This document shows, in pieces, positions 46,623 to 55,170 of a stretch of 64,000 nucleotides of DNA (its first letter is position 1; each line of letters begins with the position of its first letter). This DNA is from a virus (Duplodnaviria > Caudoviricetes). The notes under the pieces are model-generated. The model saw nothing but the letters and a program-made list of their open reading frames with translations, made no database searches and was not told the DNA's origin. Position numbers and translations under genes: made by a program. The DNA lies in IMG/VR virus record IMGVR_UViG_3300015610_000633, positions 1-64,000 of that record; one strand, given 5' to 3'.

Positions 46623-46946
46623 TCAGGTTTTTTCGTATTGCTGGATTGCTACATCATCGGGATCGGGGTCGAACGATGCAACCCTACCACCGCCCCATTG
46701 CAACCCCCCAGAAATAGACAGCGGGTTGTTCAAGTCACAGTTCAGCGAAAGGCTAAACGAGAAGAAAGGAAGCGGCGGCGGAAAGGGAATGGCGGGCAAG
46801 TTCAGGTTGAAAAACAACCTGAACGAAGGGAGTGCAAACCCACACAAGCTAGCAGCGGGCGGACCAGCAACGAACCCCGCGCTAACCATCGATTGATCTT
46901 GTTGTTGTACCGGTGGTGCGTCGGGTGGTGGTGGTGAACCTGCCAT
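46623..46946 (-). CDS. Small Pro-rich baseplate-region protein
   Basis: Fills the gap between the spike and fibre genes; overlaps the spike 3' end. Confidence 0.45.
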   Translation of the reverse strand: MAGSPPPPDAPPVQQQDQSMVSAGFVAGPPAASLCGFALPSFRLFFNLNLPAIPFPPPLPFFSFSLSLNCDLNNPLSISGGLQWGGGRVASFDPDPDDVAIQQYEKT

Positions 46947-47968
46947 AAACCCACCGTGAACCCTACACACCCGAGACCGGGTGTAGTTGCGCCAGTTGCG
47001 GGATCTGGACTCTTAGGACCGAGCAACGCGGCGTTGATTGCAGACAACACCGCTTGACTCAACACACCAACGGGCGGGGTTGAAGCGGTGATCGCTGCTA
47101 GTATCAACGGCAAGTTAGCGGGGTCAACAAGCATTGCACCAAGCATTGTACCCGTTAGAGGCGTAGGCCCCAAAAGATTGAGCGCAACGCCAAGGGCGTT
47201 CAACACCTGCGACACGAAAAGAACCGTTGATTGTGCTGTTGTTATAGTGCCGAACGGTGGGTTGCCCGAAGTGGAGATCGAAAAGGTACCCGGTGTTGCG
47301 GCTTGTGCTTTGGTAGAACTCCAATCAAAGATCGCGCTACCGTCAACGGACATACGGATCAGCTTGTTGGTGTAATCAAGTTGAAGCAGCATTTCACCAT
47401 CGCCCGATTGCATTCCTATGAAGTCGGCACCCAAGTGAAAGAAGCCCCCTGATGAATCGCTAAACGTCATATTGCCGTTTGCTTCAATCCCGAAGTACGT
47501 ACCCGTTACGGCACTTCGTACAAGGTAGCTTGAAGCGGTTTCGATTACGTAGGGAACCCGCATCCTACGAAACGCAAAGTTGTTACCACTCACTTCGTTA
47601 CCTGCGACCATGGTAGGGAATGCATCGATCTCTTGATTCATTCTACCCACGATCACGGCGTTACCCGGTGAACCTTCGGGCATCACAACAAGAACTTCAT
47701 CCCCTTCAAGAAAGGGGAACCATTCACCTTCCCCATTGCCTGCGACTGTACCCGCTACACGCGCACGAACGGGGATACCCGCGGGTTGAAGAGTGACATT
47801 CACCAACGGACCATACTCGGGTGAAAATACGACGGCTTTACCGCCATCTTCTTCTGATTGATCCTTATCCACTAGGGCCATTGAAACCCATGCTCGCGTA
47901 TCAATACCCGGCCCCTTCAATAGCTCAACAAGTTCATTGACGGGGAATCGCCCGAATGTTCGAGACAT
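46802..47968 (-). CDS. Baseplate spike (gpV/gp5-like OB fold)
   Basis: RARVAG...GEWFPFLEGDEVLVVMPEGSPGNAVIVGRM typical of the spike OB-fold. Confidence 0.75.
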   Translation of the reverse strand: MSRTFGRFPVNELVELLKGPGIDTRAWVSMALVDKDQSEEDGGKAVVFSPEYGPLVNVTLQPAGIPVRARVAGTVAGNGEGEWFPFLEGDEVLVVMPEGSPGNAVIVGRMNQEIDAFPTMVAGNEVSGNNFAFRRMRVPYVIETASSYLVRSAVTGTYFGIEANGNMTFSDSSGGFFHLGADFIGMQSGDGEMLLQLDYTNKLIRMSVDGSAIFDWSSTKAQAATPGTFSISTSGNPPFGTITTAQSTVLFVSQVLNALGVALNLLGPTPLTGTMLGAMLVDPANLPLILAAITASTPPVGVLSQAVLSAINAALLGPKSPDPATGATTPGLGCVGFTVGLWQVHHHHPTHHRYNNKINRWLARGSLLVRPLLACVGLHSLRSGCFST

Positions 47969-49764
47969 AAGATCCATAACTGTTTACCCCCTGCGTTTGT
48001 TTGGGTGGTTGTCTTCTTCGGGGTTCCCGGTGGTGGTTTCACAGGTTCATCAGGCCCCAATGATTTATCAGCCCTGACTTCAAGGTAGTTTCTCCCTTGT
48101 ATTTCGATCTCTACACCCATGTCACAATCCCATCTAATGCCAACTTGTGCAGTTCTGAACGTGGTTTGAAAACCAACGTTTGAATACACTTCGGCGTAAG
48201 CTTTGGCGATTGCACCATCATACCCCAATGTTTCGAGGTATTCCCTAGCGCGTTGTTGAAGCAACAATATGTTTTCGATCGAAGTCATCGAGTTGTATTC
48301 AACGTTTTCACGGTTGACTTGTAGATCGAAAGTATCACCCGGTTGCATGTCGAGTATATCGGGATCAAGGTTGCCACCCCCGAAACTAGCCATGTTTTTC
48401 GTTTTCACCGAAACCGTGAACTCACCGCGGTTTAGTTGTTCATAAACCGATTGAGCGATGATTCTCAACTGCAACGGATCTTTGATGGGAAGGTTGACCC
48501 GATGAACGATCCATTTTTGATCGGCCACATCACCCGGCAATACAAGAACCCCAAACACACGATCACCCGGCAAGGGGAACCTAGCAACCATCACCTTTTT
48601 GCGTTGGGGGTTGTAACACCGAACTTCAACATTCTGCATTGCTGCAAATGTGAACTGCCTTGCAATCTTAGCCGATTCGATATTTCGACCATATATCAAG
48701 TGGCGATAAGTCAACAGCTTACCGCTTTGCACTTGTCTCGGTACATAGGGATCGTCATCCCGTACTGTGAAATCAGAACTAGTGATCGTGCGCACCCGTT
48801 GAATGATTATTCTATCGCCCAACATACGGCACATGTGCCCGATAGAGCCGCACACATCAGTCAAATAATCCCAAACCGAAAGATCTGAACCACCCCCCGG
48901 TGGTGGTCCTAGTTGCGGCCTGTAGGAAGTACCCGCGAGTGTTTCCGCAAGCTTAGGGGGAGTCGCGTTTTGTGGCACATATTCGACCGTTAGACCTGCG
49001 CACCGAGGGAAGTTGCAAAGGTATAGCGCTATGGCTCGATCAATCGGTTCTTTGGCGTTTATGAACAACTGCGGGGGAGCTTTTTGATCGATCAACAATA
49101 CCGTGTTGTCGCGACAATCAAGACGCACAAGCGGTTCACCTTCTTCACTTATTTCAGTTTCCCATTTATCAACCCAACCTTCAAAACGAAGGTTACTCCG
49201 TTGTTGCCCCCAACTGTCGATATACGTATCGGGTATTACATTCAACAACTCAGTACCCGCTTGATTGTACTGACCCGCGCTTACCGCTCGCGTTTCGCCA
49301 TTCATGCCGTGCCTGTATTCATCTTCAGTCAAACACCCAAGATAATATTGAACGCGACAAGCTCTAATCACACGAGGGTCAAAGGGAAGATCGATCCATT
49401 TGAAAGTCAGGTTCAAAACATCGGCTTGACGTATGCCGTTGATACCTAGCGCCGCTTCTTTAGGAATGATCGCCCCTAGTGGTTGGGTAAGATCATCGCG
49501 GCTATTTTTTCGATTCAAAGATGATTGCGGTGATTGTACTTCTTTCGGCTTCAAAAAATAACGTGTTGTACCCGGTGGTGCAGTCTCATCGGGTGTAGGG
49601 TATAGCGGTGCGATCCTTCCCTTAGCGCCCCTTAGAAGTTGTGGGGGAACCTTCGGCGCCAGTGCCATCACAAGATTGGTTTTTGACTTCATTTCATCGA
49701 AACGAAGAATCAACCGTACTTTAGCGGCCGGGTAGTAAGTTTGTTCGGGGAACTCTATTTCCAC
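47917..49764 (-). CDS. Baseplate hub (gpD/gp27-like)
   Basis: Position between the LysM-like protein and the spike; FEGWVD...LDCRDNT, WDYLTDVC, QPGDTF motifs. Confidence 0.68.
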   Translation of the reverse strand: MEIEFPEQTYYPAAKVRLILRFDEMKSKTNLVMALAPKVPPQLLRGAKGRIAPLYPTPDETAPPGTTRYFLKPKEVQSPQSSLNRKNSRDDLTQPLGAIIPKEAALGINGIRQADVLNLTFKWIDLPFDPRVIRACRVQYYLGCLTEDEYRHGMNGETRAVSAGQYNQAGTELLNVIPDTYIDSWGQQRSNLRFEGWVDKWETEISEEGEPLVRLDCRDNTVLLIDQKAPPQLFINAKEPIDRAIALYLCNFPRCAGLTVEYVPQNATPPKLAETLAGTSYRPQLGPPPGGGSDLSVWDYLTDVCGSIGHMCRMLGDRIIIQRVRTITSSDFTVRDDDPYVPRQVQSGKLLTYRHLIYGRNIESAKIARQFTFAAMQNVEVRCYNPQRKKVMVARFPLPGDRVFGVLVLPGDVADQKWIVHRVNLPIKDPLQLRIIAQSVYEQLNRGEFTVSVKTKNMASFGGGNLDPDILDMQPGDTFDLQVNRENVEYNSMTSIENILLLQQRAREYLETLGYDGAIAKAYAEVYSNVGFQTTFRTAQVGIRWDCDMGVEIEIQGRNYLEVRADKSLGPDEPVKPPPGTPKKTTTQTNAGGKQLWILCLEHSGDSPSMNLLSY

Positions 49765-49784
49765 TTAGCAGGTTATAGACTGCT

Positions 49785-51497
49785 TCAACCTGCAAGGGTA
49801 GGTATAACCAACACTTTACCAACGGGCAGTGCGGTCATAGTCCACGGCAAACTATTAGATTTCAGGATATCGATCGCGTGGTCTGCAGTGTTGTAGAACT
49901 GCAACGAAACTGAAGAAGCAGTGTCACCCGCCCGAACAATGTACAATGATTCAACCGTTGAAGGTGTGGTGTTCTTGGTACCTTGTGAAGTGGCTTGACC
50001 ACCACTTGAACCTGAACGGCTATACTGCTTCAAAAACTGCAACATGACACTGTTGACTTGTTTAGTAACACCATTGACAGAATCATGACTCTTACCGATC
50101 AAAGTGACGTTACGAAGTATGTCAGCCGCATTGGTTGTTTTGCTTTGTTTTTCTGCAGGTATAGCCGACACGGTTTGTGAATATTGTTTGGCTATTGTTG
50201 ACATATTATCCATGGCTTGCGTGACAGTGTTTTCAACCTGACCCGGTATTGATGCAACCTTGTTCACAAGGTCAGTGAAGTTTTGAAACTGCTTAGCCAT
50301 TTTTTGAAGATCTCGCGTTACTCCCTTCACAAGATTGTTAGGATAGTCCGCAAGATTCGACAGTTGATCAAACGTTAGATTAGGAACCCCTTGTCCCTTC
50401 TTCTTTTTTTGACCATCGGTGTTGATGACAATATCAGTATAAAAGTTGTCTACTAGTTGGTTCATATCAAGCACCAACTGAGAAGCTTCGGAAGCAGGAT
50501 CACCCGTTCGCAACGCAACAACTTTCTGTTGTGTAACGCCGCGACTCATCCAAGCCCATTCAATGCGCCACCCTATATCCGACTCGGTATCGTGGTTGAA
50601 AATAATCGAAGCAGCTCGCCCTTCACGAACCAATGAAAAGAACGCATCGATCTGCGCCGAACTAACCCATGTCACGCGCAAGCGCGCGCCTTGCCTGCAT
50701 ATTTGTTCCATGAGTTCTTTCAAAACCCATGGTGTGGTGATCTTGGTTTCGTTACCCCCTTCGCTATACAATGCGGGTGATTTACCCATCATCGTTCTAC
50801 GCCAAAAACCCTCAAACGTAGTTGGTGGTTCAATAGGGCCAAGAACCTGTTGTGTGGCTTCACTAGCGTTGCCACTATACCATGTAGTTGTGATCCTGTT
50901 CTGTGTGCCCCATGAAACACCCCTATGTGGCAAAGTAGGACCGCGCAGCGTGATCTTACGTTCAAGCCCCGACACTTCTTCGATCGTGATTTCACTAGTG
51001 AAGCTTGAAGGCTGAACAGTTTTGATCGCCATGGTGTGCTTGACGTCTAACCGGGTAGACGTGGTGAATAAATCAGCTTCGGGATTGAGCAGCGCTTGTG
51101 CCCAAACTGACAAGGGTACAAGTCGTTCAGAAAGATCTTCAAGTGTCTTGTCGGCTGCGTCTTTCGGATCTTCGGGAACGTCTGCACCTTCGGCGGCTTC
51201 TTGCGCGGCTGCAACGGCGGCTTCGGCGGCGGCTTGTGCTTCGGGATCTTCCGGGTCGGCTTCAGCTGCTTCAACTGCACCTTCGGCAGTTTCGATCTGG
51301 TCTTCTACTTGATCGATTTCGCTACCTTCGGCTTCACCATCAGCGGGTTCTTCATCACCCGATTCTTCATCATCCTCGGGTGGTGGCAAATCATCGCCTT
51401 CTTCGTTGTCTTCTGTTGGATCAAGAGACTCAAGATCCTCCTCTTCATCATCTTTGCCAAGTATGTTTTTGAGCGCCGAAACGATCTTGTTTGCCAT
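49785..51497 (-). CDS. Tail tube initiator with C-terminal LysM-like domain and an acidic N-terminal extension (possible second start at 51032)
   Basis: YIVRAGDTASSVSLQFY...ILKSN...LPVGKVLVIP; strong AAAGGTGA RBS before MANK. Confidence 0.65.
   Translation of the reverse strand: MANKIVSALKNILGKDDEEEDLESLDPTEDNEEGDDLPPPEDDEESGDEEPADGEAEGSEIDQVEDQIETAEGAVEAAEADPEDPEAQAAAEAAVAAAQEAAEGADVPEDPKDAADKTLEDLSERLVPLSVWAQALLNPEADLFTTSTRLDVKHTMAIKTVQPSSFTSEITIEEVSGLERKITLRGPTLPHRGVSWGTQNRITTTWYSGNASEATQQVLGPIEPPTTFEGFWRRTMMGKSPALYSEGGNETKITTPWVLKELMEQICRQGARLRVTWVSSAQIDAFFSLVREGRAASIIFNHDTESDIGWRIEWAWMSRGVTQQKVVALRTGDPASEASQLVLDMNQLVDNFYTDIVINTDGQKKKKGQGVPNLTFDQLSNLADYPNNLVKGVTRDLQKMAKQFQNFTDLVNKVASIPGQVENTVTQAMDNMSTIAKQYSQTVSAIPAEKQSKTTNAADILRNVTLIGKSHDSVNGVTKQVNSVMLQFLKQYSRSGSSGGQATSQGTKNTTPSTVESLYIVRAGDTASSVSLQFYNTADHAIDILKSNSLPWTMTALPVGKVLVIPTLAG
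51043..51062. repeat. 20-bp palindrome copy 13
   Basis: Exact match; 10 nt before the internal ATG at 51032. Confidence 0.97.
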
Positions 51498-51513
51498 GTT
51501 ATCACCTTTCTTA

Positions 51514-53598
51514 TCACGGCCCGAACACACCACCAACTTTAGCATTGCGTCGATTTTCAGCGGCGTTGATGATGTCGCGTTGAAAGATCATGGCAATACG
51601 ATCGGGATCTTGATCCCTGAAATCTTGCTTCAAGTTGAAGGTGTTGTTGTTGAACTCCACTTTGGGATTCTGCTTCATTGCGGGTGCTTCTGCCAAACCC
51701 ATGAGCTTCTTTTTGAAGTCTTCGGCACCATCACCGACCATTGAAGCCAATAGCTCGAACCCGCCTTGAACCTCGGTACCGGCCTTCAAGAACATTTGTT
51801 GAAGCGCTACGTTGCCTTCAAACATCTTGGCTATGGTCTGCATTTGCACCTTGTTACCGTTCACAACCGCGGTTGAATACGCATCAATGAACTGTTCAAG
51901 TTGCTTTACATCTTCCATATACGCTTCGTTGCTGTCTTGCTTCACGCCTTCTTTGGCCATGTCATGACGTGCGTTCATCGTGTCGCGCATCATGTCAGCG
52001 GCGTCTTGTGCTTTATTGATTACGGCTTGGTTTTTCTTACCTTCTTCGTATAGCCGATCCATTGCATCGGCCATTGATTTCAGTTCTTTCTGTGTGTAAC
52101 CAGCCGATTCGCCGAACTCGAACACCCGCTTACGCAACATGTCGTAGTCTTTGGCGGTAGCTTCACGCGTACCATTCGCCCAACCCGCGGCTGCATCCAT
52201 GGTAGCCAGCAAGTTGTCATTAGCTTCAACATGCCACGGTAGGACCGCCCCGAACTCTTTCATGTATTGCGTCGCTTGATACACAGCGGCACCGACACCC
52301 ACAACAGCAGCCCCGAACGCTGCAAGGCCCGTAGCAGTGGCACCCAGCGCCCCCGCTGCGCCTGCACCCATGCTACCCTTGGCAATGTGTGCCGCTCCGA
52401 CAGCCGACGCTGCTGTAGCGGCTTGAGTGCCCGCACTGGTCAACGTTCCTACGGCACCCGTAACCGCGGGTATTGCCGCTTTGGCACCAAACGCAACAGC
52501 TATCTCTTCTTTATGCGCCAAGATAAACTTGAACACCTTCTCAGCCATTTCGAAACCTTGCGAGATCGCATGTTTGATTTCGTCGGCATGAGTCACCACA
52601 TAATCGAAGCCCTTTTCTATAGCTTTCGCGGCTTCGCTAATATATTTCGTCACCTTCTCACTGAACATTCTAACGAAGCTCTCAATCACTCCCTTGTTCG
52701 CTTCAAGCTTCTCTTTGAACCTATCGAGAGCAGGCACAACCGCGGCTATGATTGGCTTACCGAAGCCTTCGAGAAACCGATCTTTCATCGTGCCTAGTTG
52801 CTGCATAACGGTTTGAAAGGTTGCGGGCACACCAACCATTTGCTTTGCCATCTTACCGATCGCGACTTGTGCAAACGACATAGCCGATGCATCGGTTAGA
52901 AGATTCAACTGTTGTGCAACCTGCTTCGCGTTCCCTTTGAGGGTACCCGTAGCGGCGATCATTTGAACGATCGGATCTGTAGCCTTCGCACCTTGCGCGC
53001 TGAAGTTGTTGAACGATTGTGCAAGCGCTTCGGGACCACCTGCGACCGCTCTACCCGCAGTGCCTATATTTCGCATAAGCTTAGCGATGTCTTCATCGCT
53101 TCGCTTGAAGGCTTTCTCCCATTGGTTCAGGGGCATATTGATCGATTGCCCCGAAGCCGTAATGAACGAACGCGAAGTGTTGAATGTATTTGCTAGGGTT
53201 GTGTAAAGCTCCGTTGCTGTATTCTTTGCAATACCGGTGCGCGCAGCAAACCGATCCATTTCAGAGTTGAAGACGTTTGCTTTCTTCGCGAGGGTATCCC
53301 AATCGGTGCCAGCCTTCGCGGTTAGCGACATTAGGCCGGTCATATGTTTTTGAGTATTTTCAAGGTCGAGCGCTTTGGTAAACGCTTCTTTACCCATTTC
53401 AAAAAGTTTACCCGTTGACATGGCCAACTGAAAACCAAGCGCGGTTGCGGCTGCTTCTTTGAAGAAACCCACAACCCCCGCTTGTGCCTTATCAGCAGCG
53501 TCGGAAAGGTTACCGAAGCCTGACTTGATCTTATCCATTGCGGCCTTGGATTGATCGTCAAGCTTGAAGACTGCTGAAACTTCAGTTTTTGCGGCCAT
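51514..53598 (-). CDS. Tape measure protein
   Basis: A/G-rich helical protein downstream of the tail chaperones, with hydrophobic AG-rich middle segments. Confidence 0.82.
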   Translation of the reverse strand: MAAKTEVSAVFKLDDQSKAAMDKIKSGFGNLSDAADKAQAGVVGFFKEAAATALGFQLAMSTGKLFEMGKEAFTKALDLENTQKHMTGLMSLTAKAGTDWDTLAKKANVFNSEMDRFAARTGIAKNTATELYTTLANTFNTSRSFITASGQSINMPLNQWEKAFKRSDEDIAKLMRNIGTAGRAVAGGPEALAQSFNNFSAQGAKATDPIVQMIAATGTLKGNAKQVAQQLNLLTDASAMSFAQVAIGKMAKQMVGVPATFQTVMQQLGTMKDRFLEGFGKPIIAAVVPALDRFKEKLEANKGVIESFVRMFSEKVTKYISEAAKAIEKGFDYVVTHADEIKHAISQGFEMAEKVFKFILAHKEEIAVAFGAKAAIPAVTGAVGTLTSAGTQAATAASAVGAAHIAKGSMGAGAAGALGATATGLAAFGAAVVGVGAAVYQATQYMKEFGAVLPWHVEANDNLLATMDAAAGWANGTREATAKDYDMLRKRVFEFGESAGYTQKELKSMADAMDRLYEEGKKNQAVINKAQDAADMMRDTMNARHDMAKEGVKQDSNEAYMEDVKQLEQFIDAYSTAVVNGNKVQMQTIAKMFEGNVALQQMFLKAGTEVQGGFELLASMVGDGAEDFKKKLMGLAEAPAMKQNPKVEFNNNTFNLKQDFRDQDPDRIAMIFQRDIINAAENRRNAKVGGVFGP

Positions 53599-53600
53599 GG

Positions 53601-53921
53601 TCAGGTTCTTTCGTTCAATGATGACATCGCATTTTCTTCACCGATAACTTTGCCCACGGCTTGAAGAAGTCGATGAAGCTCGCCAAGTGGTAGTTGCTTG
53701 ATTTCATCAAGTGAAATCCGACCATAACGAGACAAGTACACACGGCGTTTGATGATCTGTTTTCGACGTTCATCAGGATCAAGATCGATCCCGGCTTGCT
53801 TCGTACCCGCTAGGACCTCGTAATGGGGTAGCAAGTCTTCAAGCATGGCTTCCAACCAAGTCGGATGAGGGGGCAAGCCCTCATCGTTATCGGTAAAATC
53901 ACGGTCCTGGTAGCCATGCAA
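53601..53921 (-). CDS. Tail assembly chaperone GT extension (reached by -1 frameshift)
   Basis: In the -1 frame relative to the upstream chaperone ORF just after T TTT TTT; has only a TTG start of its own. Confidence 0.7.
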   Translation of the reverse strand: MHGYQDRDFTDNDEGLPPHPTWLEAMLEDLLPHYEVLAGTKQAGIDLDPDERRKQIIKRRVYLSRYGRISLDEIKQLPLGELHRLLQAVGKVIGEENAMSSLNERT

Positions 53922-54673
53922 GATCGAAAAAAATCGATCAAATCATCTTGATCAAGTCGATGTGTTTGAGTGTAAATCGTTTCAAGAAGCGCTCGACATT
54001 TCGCGCCTATGTCACGATAGAAAGATTGAATCGGGATCGATTCATTTTCGATGTTTCGCATACCTGGCCATGCGGGATACTTCCCATCGATAGCGCGAAT
54101 CATCGCCTTCGTACATTCGGGGATCACTCTGAACCCTTTGCCCCTGCACCGTTCAAGCGCCGCGTCTTCTTCGGCATCGGTGATCGGCCAAACGATGATT
54201 ACACGATCGCCTTTTTTCGGGGTATCGGTCCAACTCGCACGCAAGCGAATGAATGTTACTGTACGCCCCGCGGGTACTTTGAAGTTAGGGGGAAACACAA
54301 CCCACGGCGGCACCGGTTTGTCATCACCGGTTTCATCATCTTCTTCGACTGTATATTTCTCAACAGTCGGTTCTTCTTCATCAGGTGAAGACTCTTGTGA
54401 AGGTATCGAAGCTTCTTTAGGTTTTGCAAACTTCGCTTCACCGATCTCGAAAAGATCACCAGGTTCAGGTGAATCTTTCTCGGTCTTCACTGCGTTCATC
54501 TTTGCCAAAACTTCGGCTAGGTTTTTTGGTTTTTCAGTAGTCACGACCGCGCCTTTCAAAAAAGTGAGAACCTTCGCAACTAGTGGCGCGAACACGATCC
54601 GACGGAGTAGCGGAGTGTTGCGAAGGTTCTCGTAAGAACGGTTCAAGGCTCCAACCTTGAACCGCTGCGCCAC
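53810..54673 (-). CDS. Tail assembly chaperone G (start uncertain)
   Basis: Between the tube and tape measure genes; carries the slippery site. Confidence 0.7.
   Translation of the reverse strand: MAQRFKVGALNRSYENLRNTPLLRRIVFAPLVAKVLTFLKGAVVTTEKPKNLAEVLAKMNAVKTEKDSPEPGDLFEIGEAKFAKPKEASIPSQESSPDEEEPTVEKYTVEEDDETGDDKPVPPWVVFPPNFKVPAGRTVTFIRLRASWTDTPKKGDRVIIVWPITDAEEDAALERCRGKGFRVIPECTKAMIRAIDGKYPAWPGMRNIENESIPIQSFYRDIGAKCRALLETIYTQTHRLDQDDLIDFFRSCMATRTVILPITMRACPLIRLGWKPCLKTCYPITRS
53927..53933 (-). other. Programmed -1 ribosomal frameshift slippery heptamer T TTT TTT
   Basis: GAT TTT TTT CGA in the G frame; a -1 slip gives DFF-SILHGYQDRDF, continuing into ORF 53601..53921. Confidence 0.75.
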
Positions 54674-54694
54674 TATTTCGACCCCGTCTAATCT

Positions 54695-55132
54695 TCAGAG
54701 ATCTTGTAGTTGGAAGTCACCAACCGATCCGGACAACTTCACGTTGACGTACTCTTTACGGTCGGGAACACCGACCGGGATCGGACCAAACTTTGCGTCA
54801 GGTAGAACCCACGCTTGCGTTTCGAAGTTTGGATAAAAGAACGTTCCCGCAATATTTATTTCGAGATCGGGAAGTTCACGCTTTTGTCGACGTTGCAAAG
54901 CTACGACAAAGGTAGCCCATTGCGTATTGTGTACGTGCATTTCGAAGTCAAAGTCTACCGAGTCAAACACGTCATCAACGCGCGAACCCTTCTCGCCAAG
55001 ATAGCCTTGTTTCTTGACTTCAGAGTTGATTACGAAGTTGAAGTTTTTGATATCGGTAAAGCTTGCTTCAAGTACACCACCGCGCACAACCGTGATGGTG
55101 ACTTCTTGCCCTTTTATTCTCTGTTCAGCCAT
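54695..55132 (-). CDS. Tail tube protein
   Basis: 145 aa directly after the sheath gene; KKQGYLGE...DFDFEMH pattern. Confidence 0.75.
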   Translation of the reverse strand: MAEQRIKGQEVTITVVRGGVLEASFTDIKNFNFVINSEVKKQGYLGEKGSRVDDVFDSVDFDFEMHVHNTQWATFVVALQRRQKRELPDLEINIAGTFFYPNFETQAWVLPDAKFGPIPVGVPDRKEYVNVKLSGSVGDFQLQDL

Positions 55133-55146
55133 GGTTGTTTCTTTCC

Positions 55147-55166
55147 ACGTCTAACCGGGTAGACGT
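55147..55166. repeat. 20-bp palindrome copy 14
   Basis: Exact match; between the sheath and tube genes. Confidence 0.97.
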
Positions 55167-55170
55167 CCTT

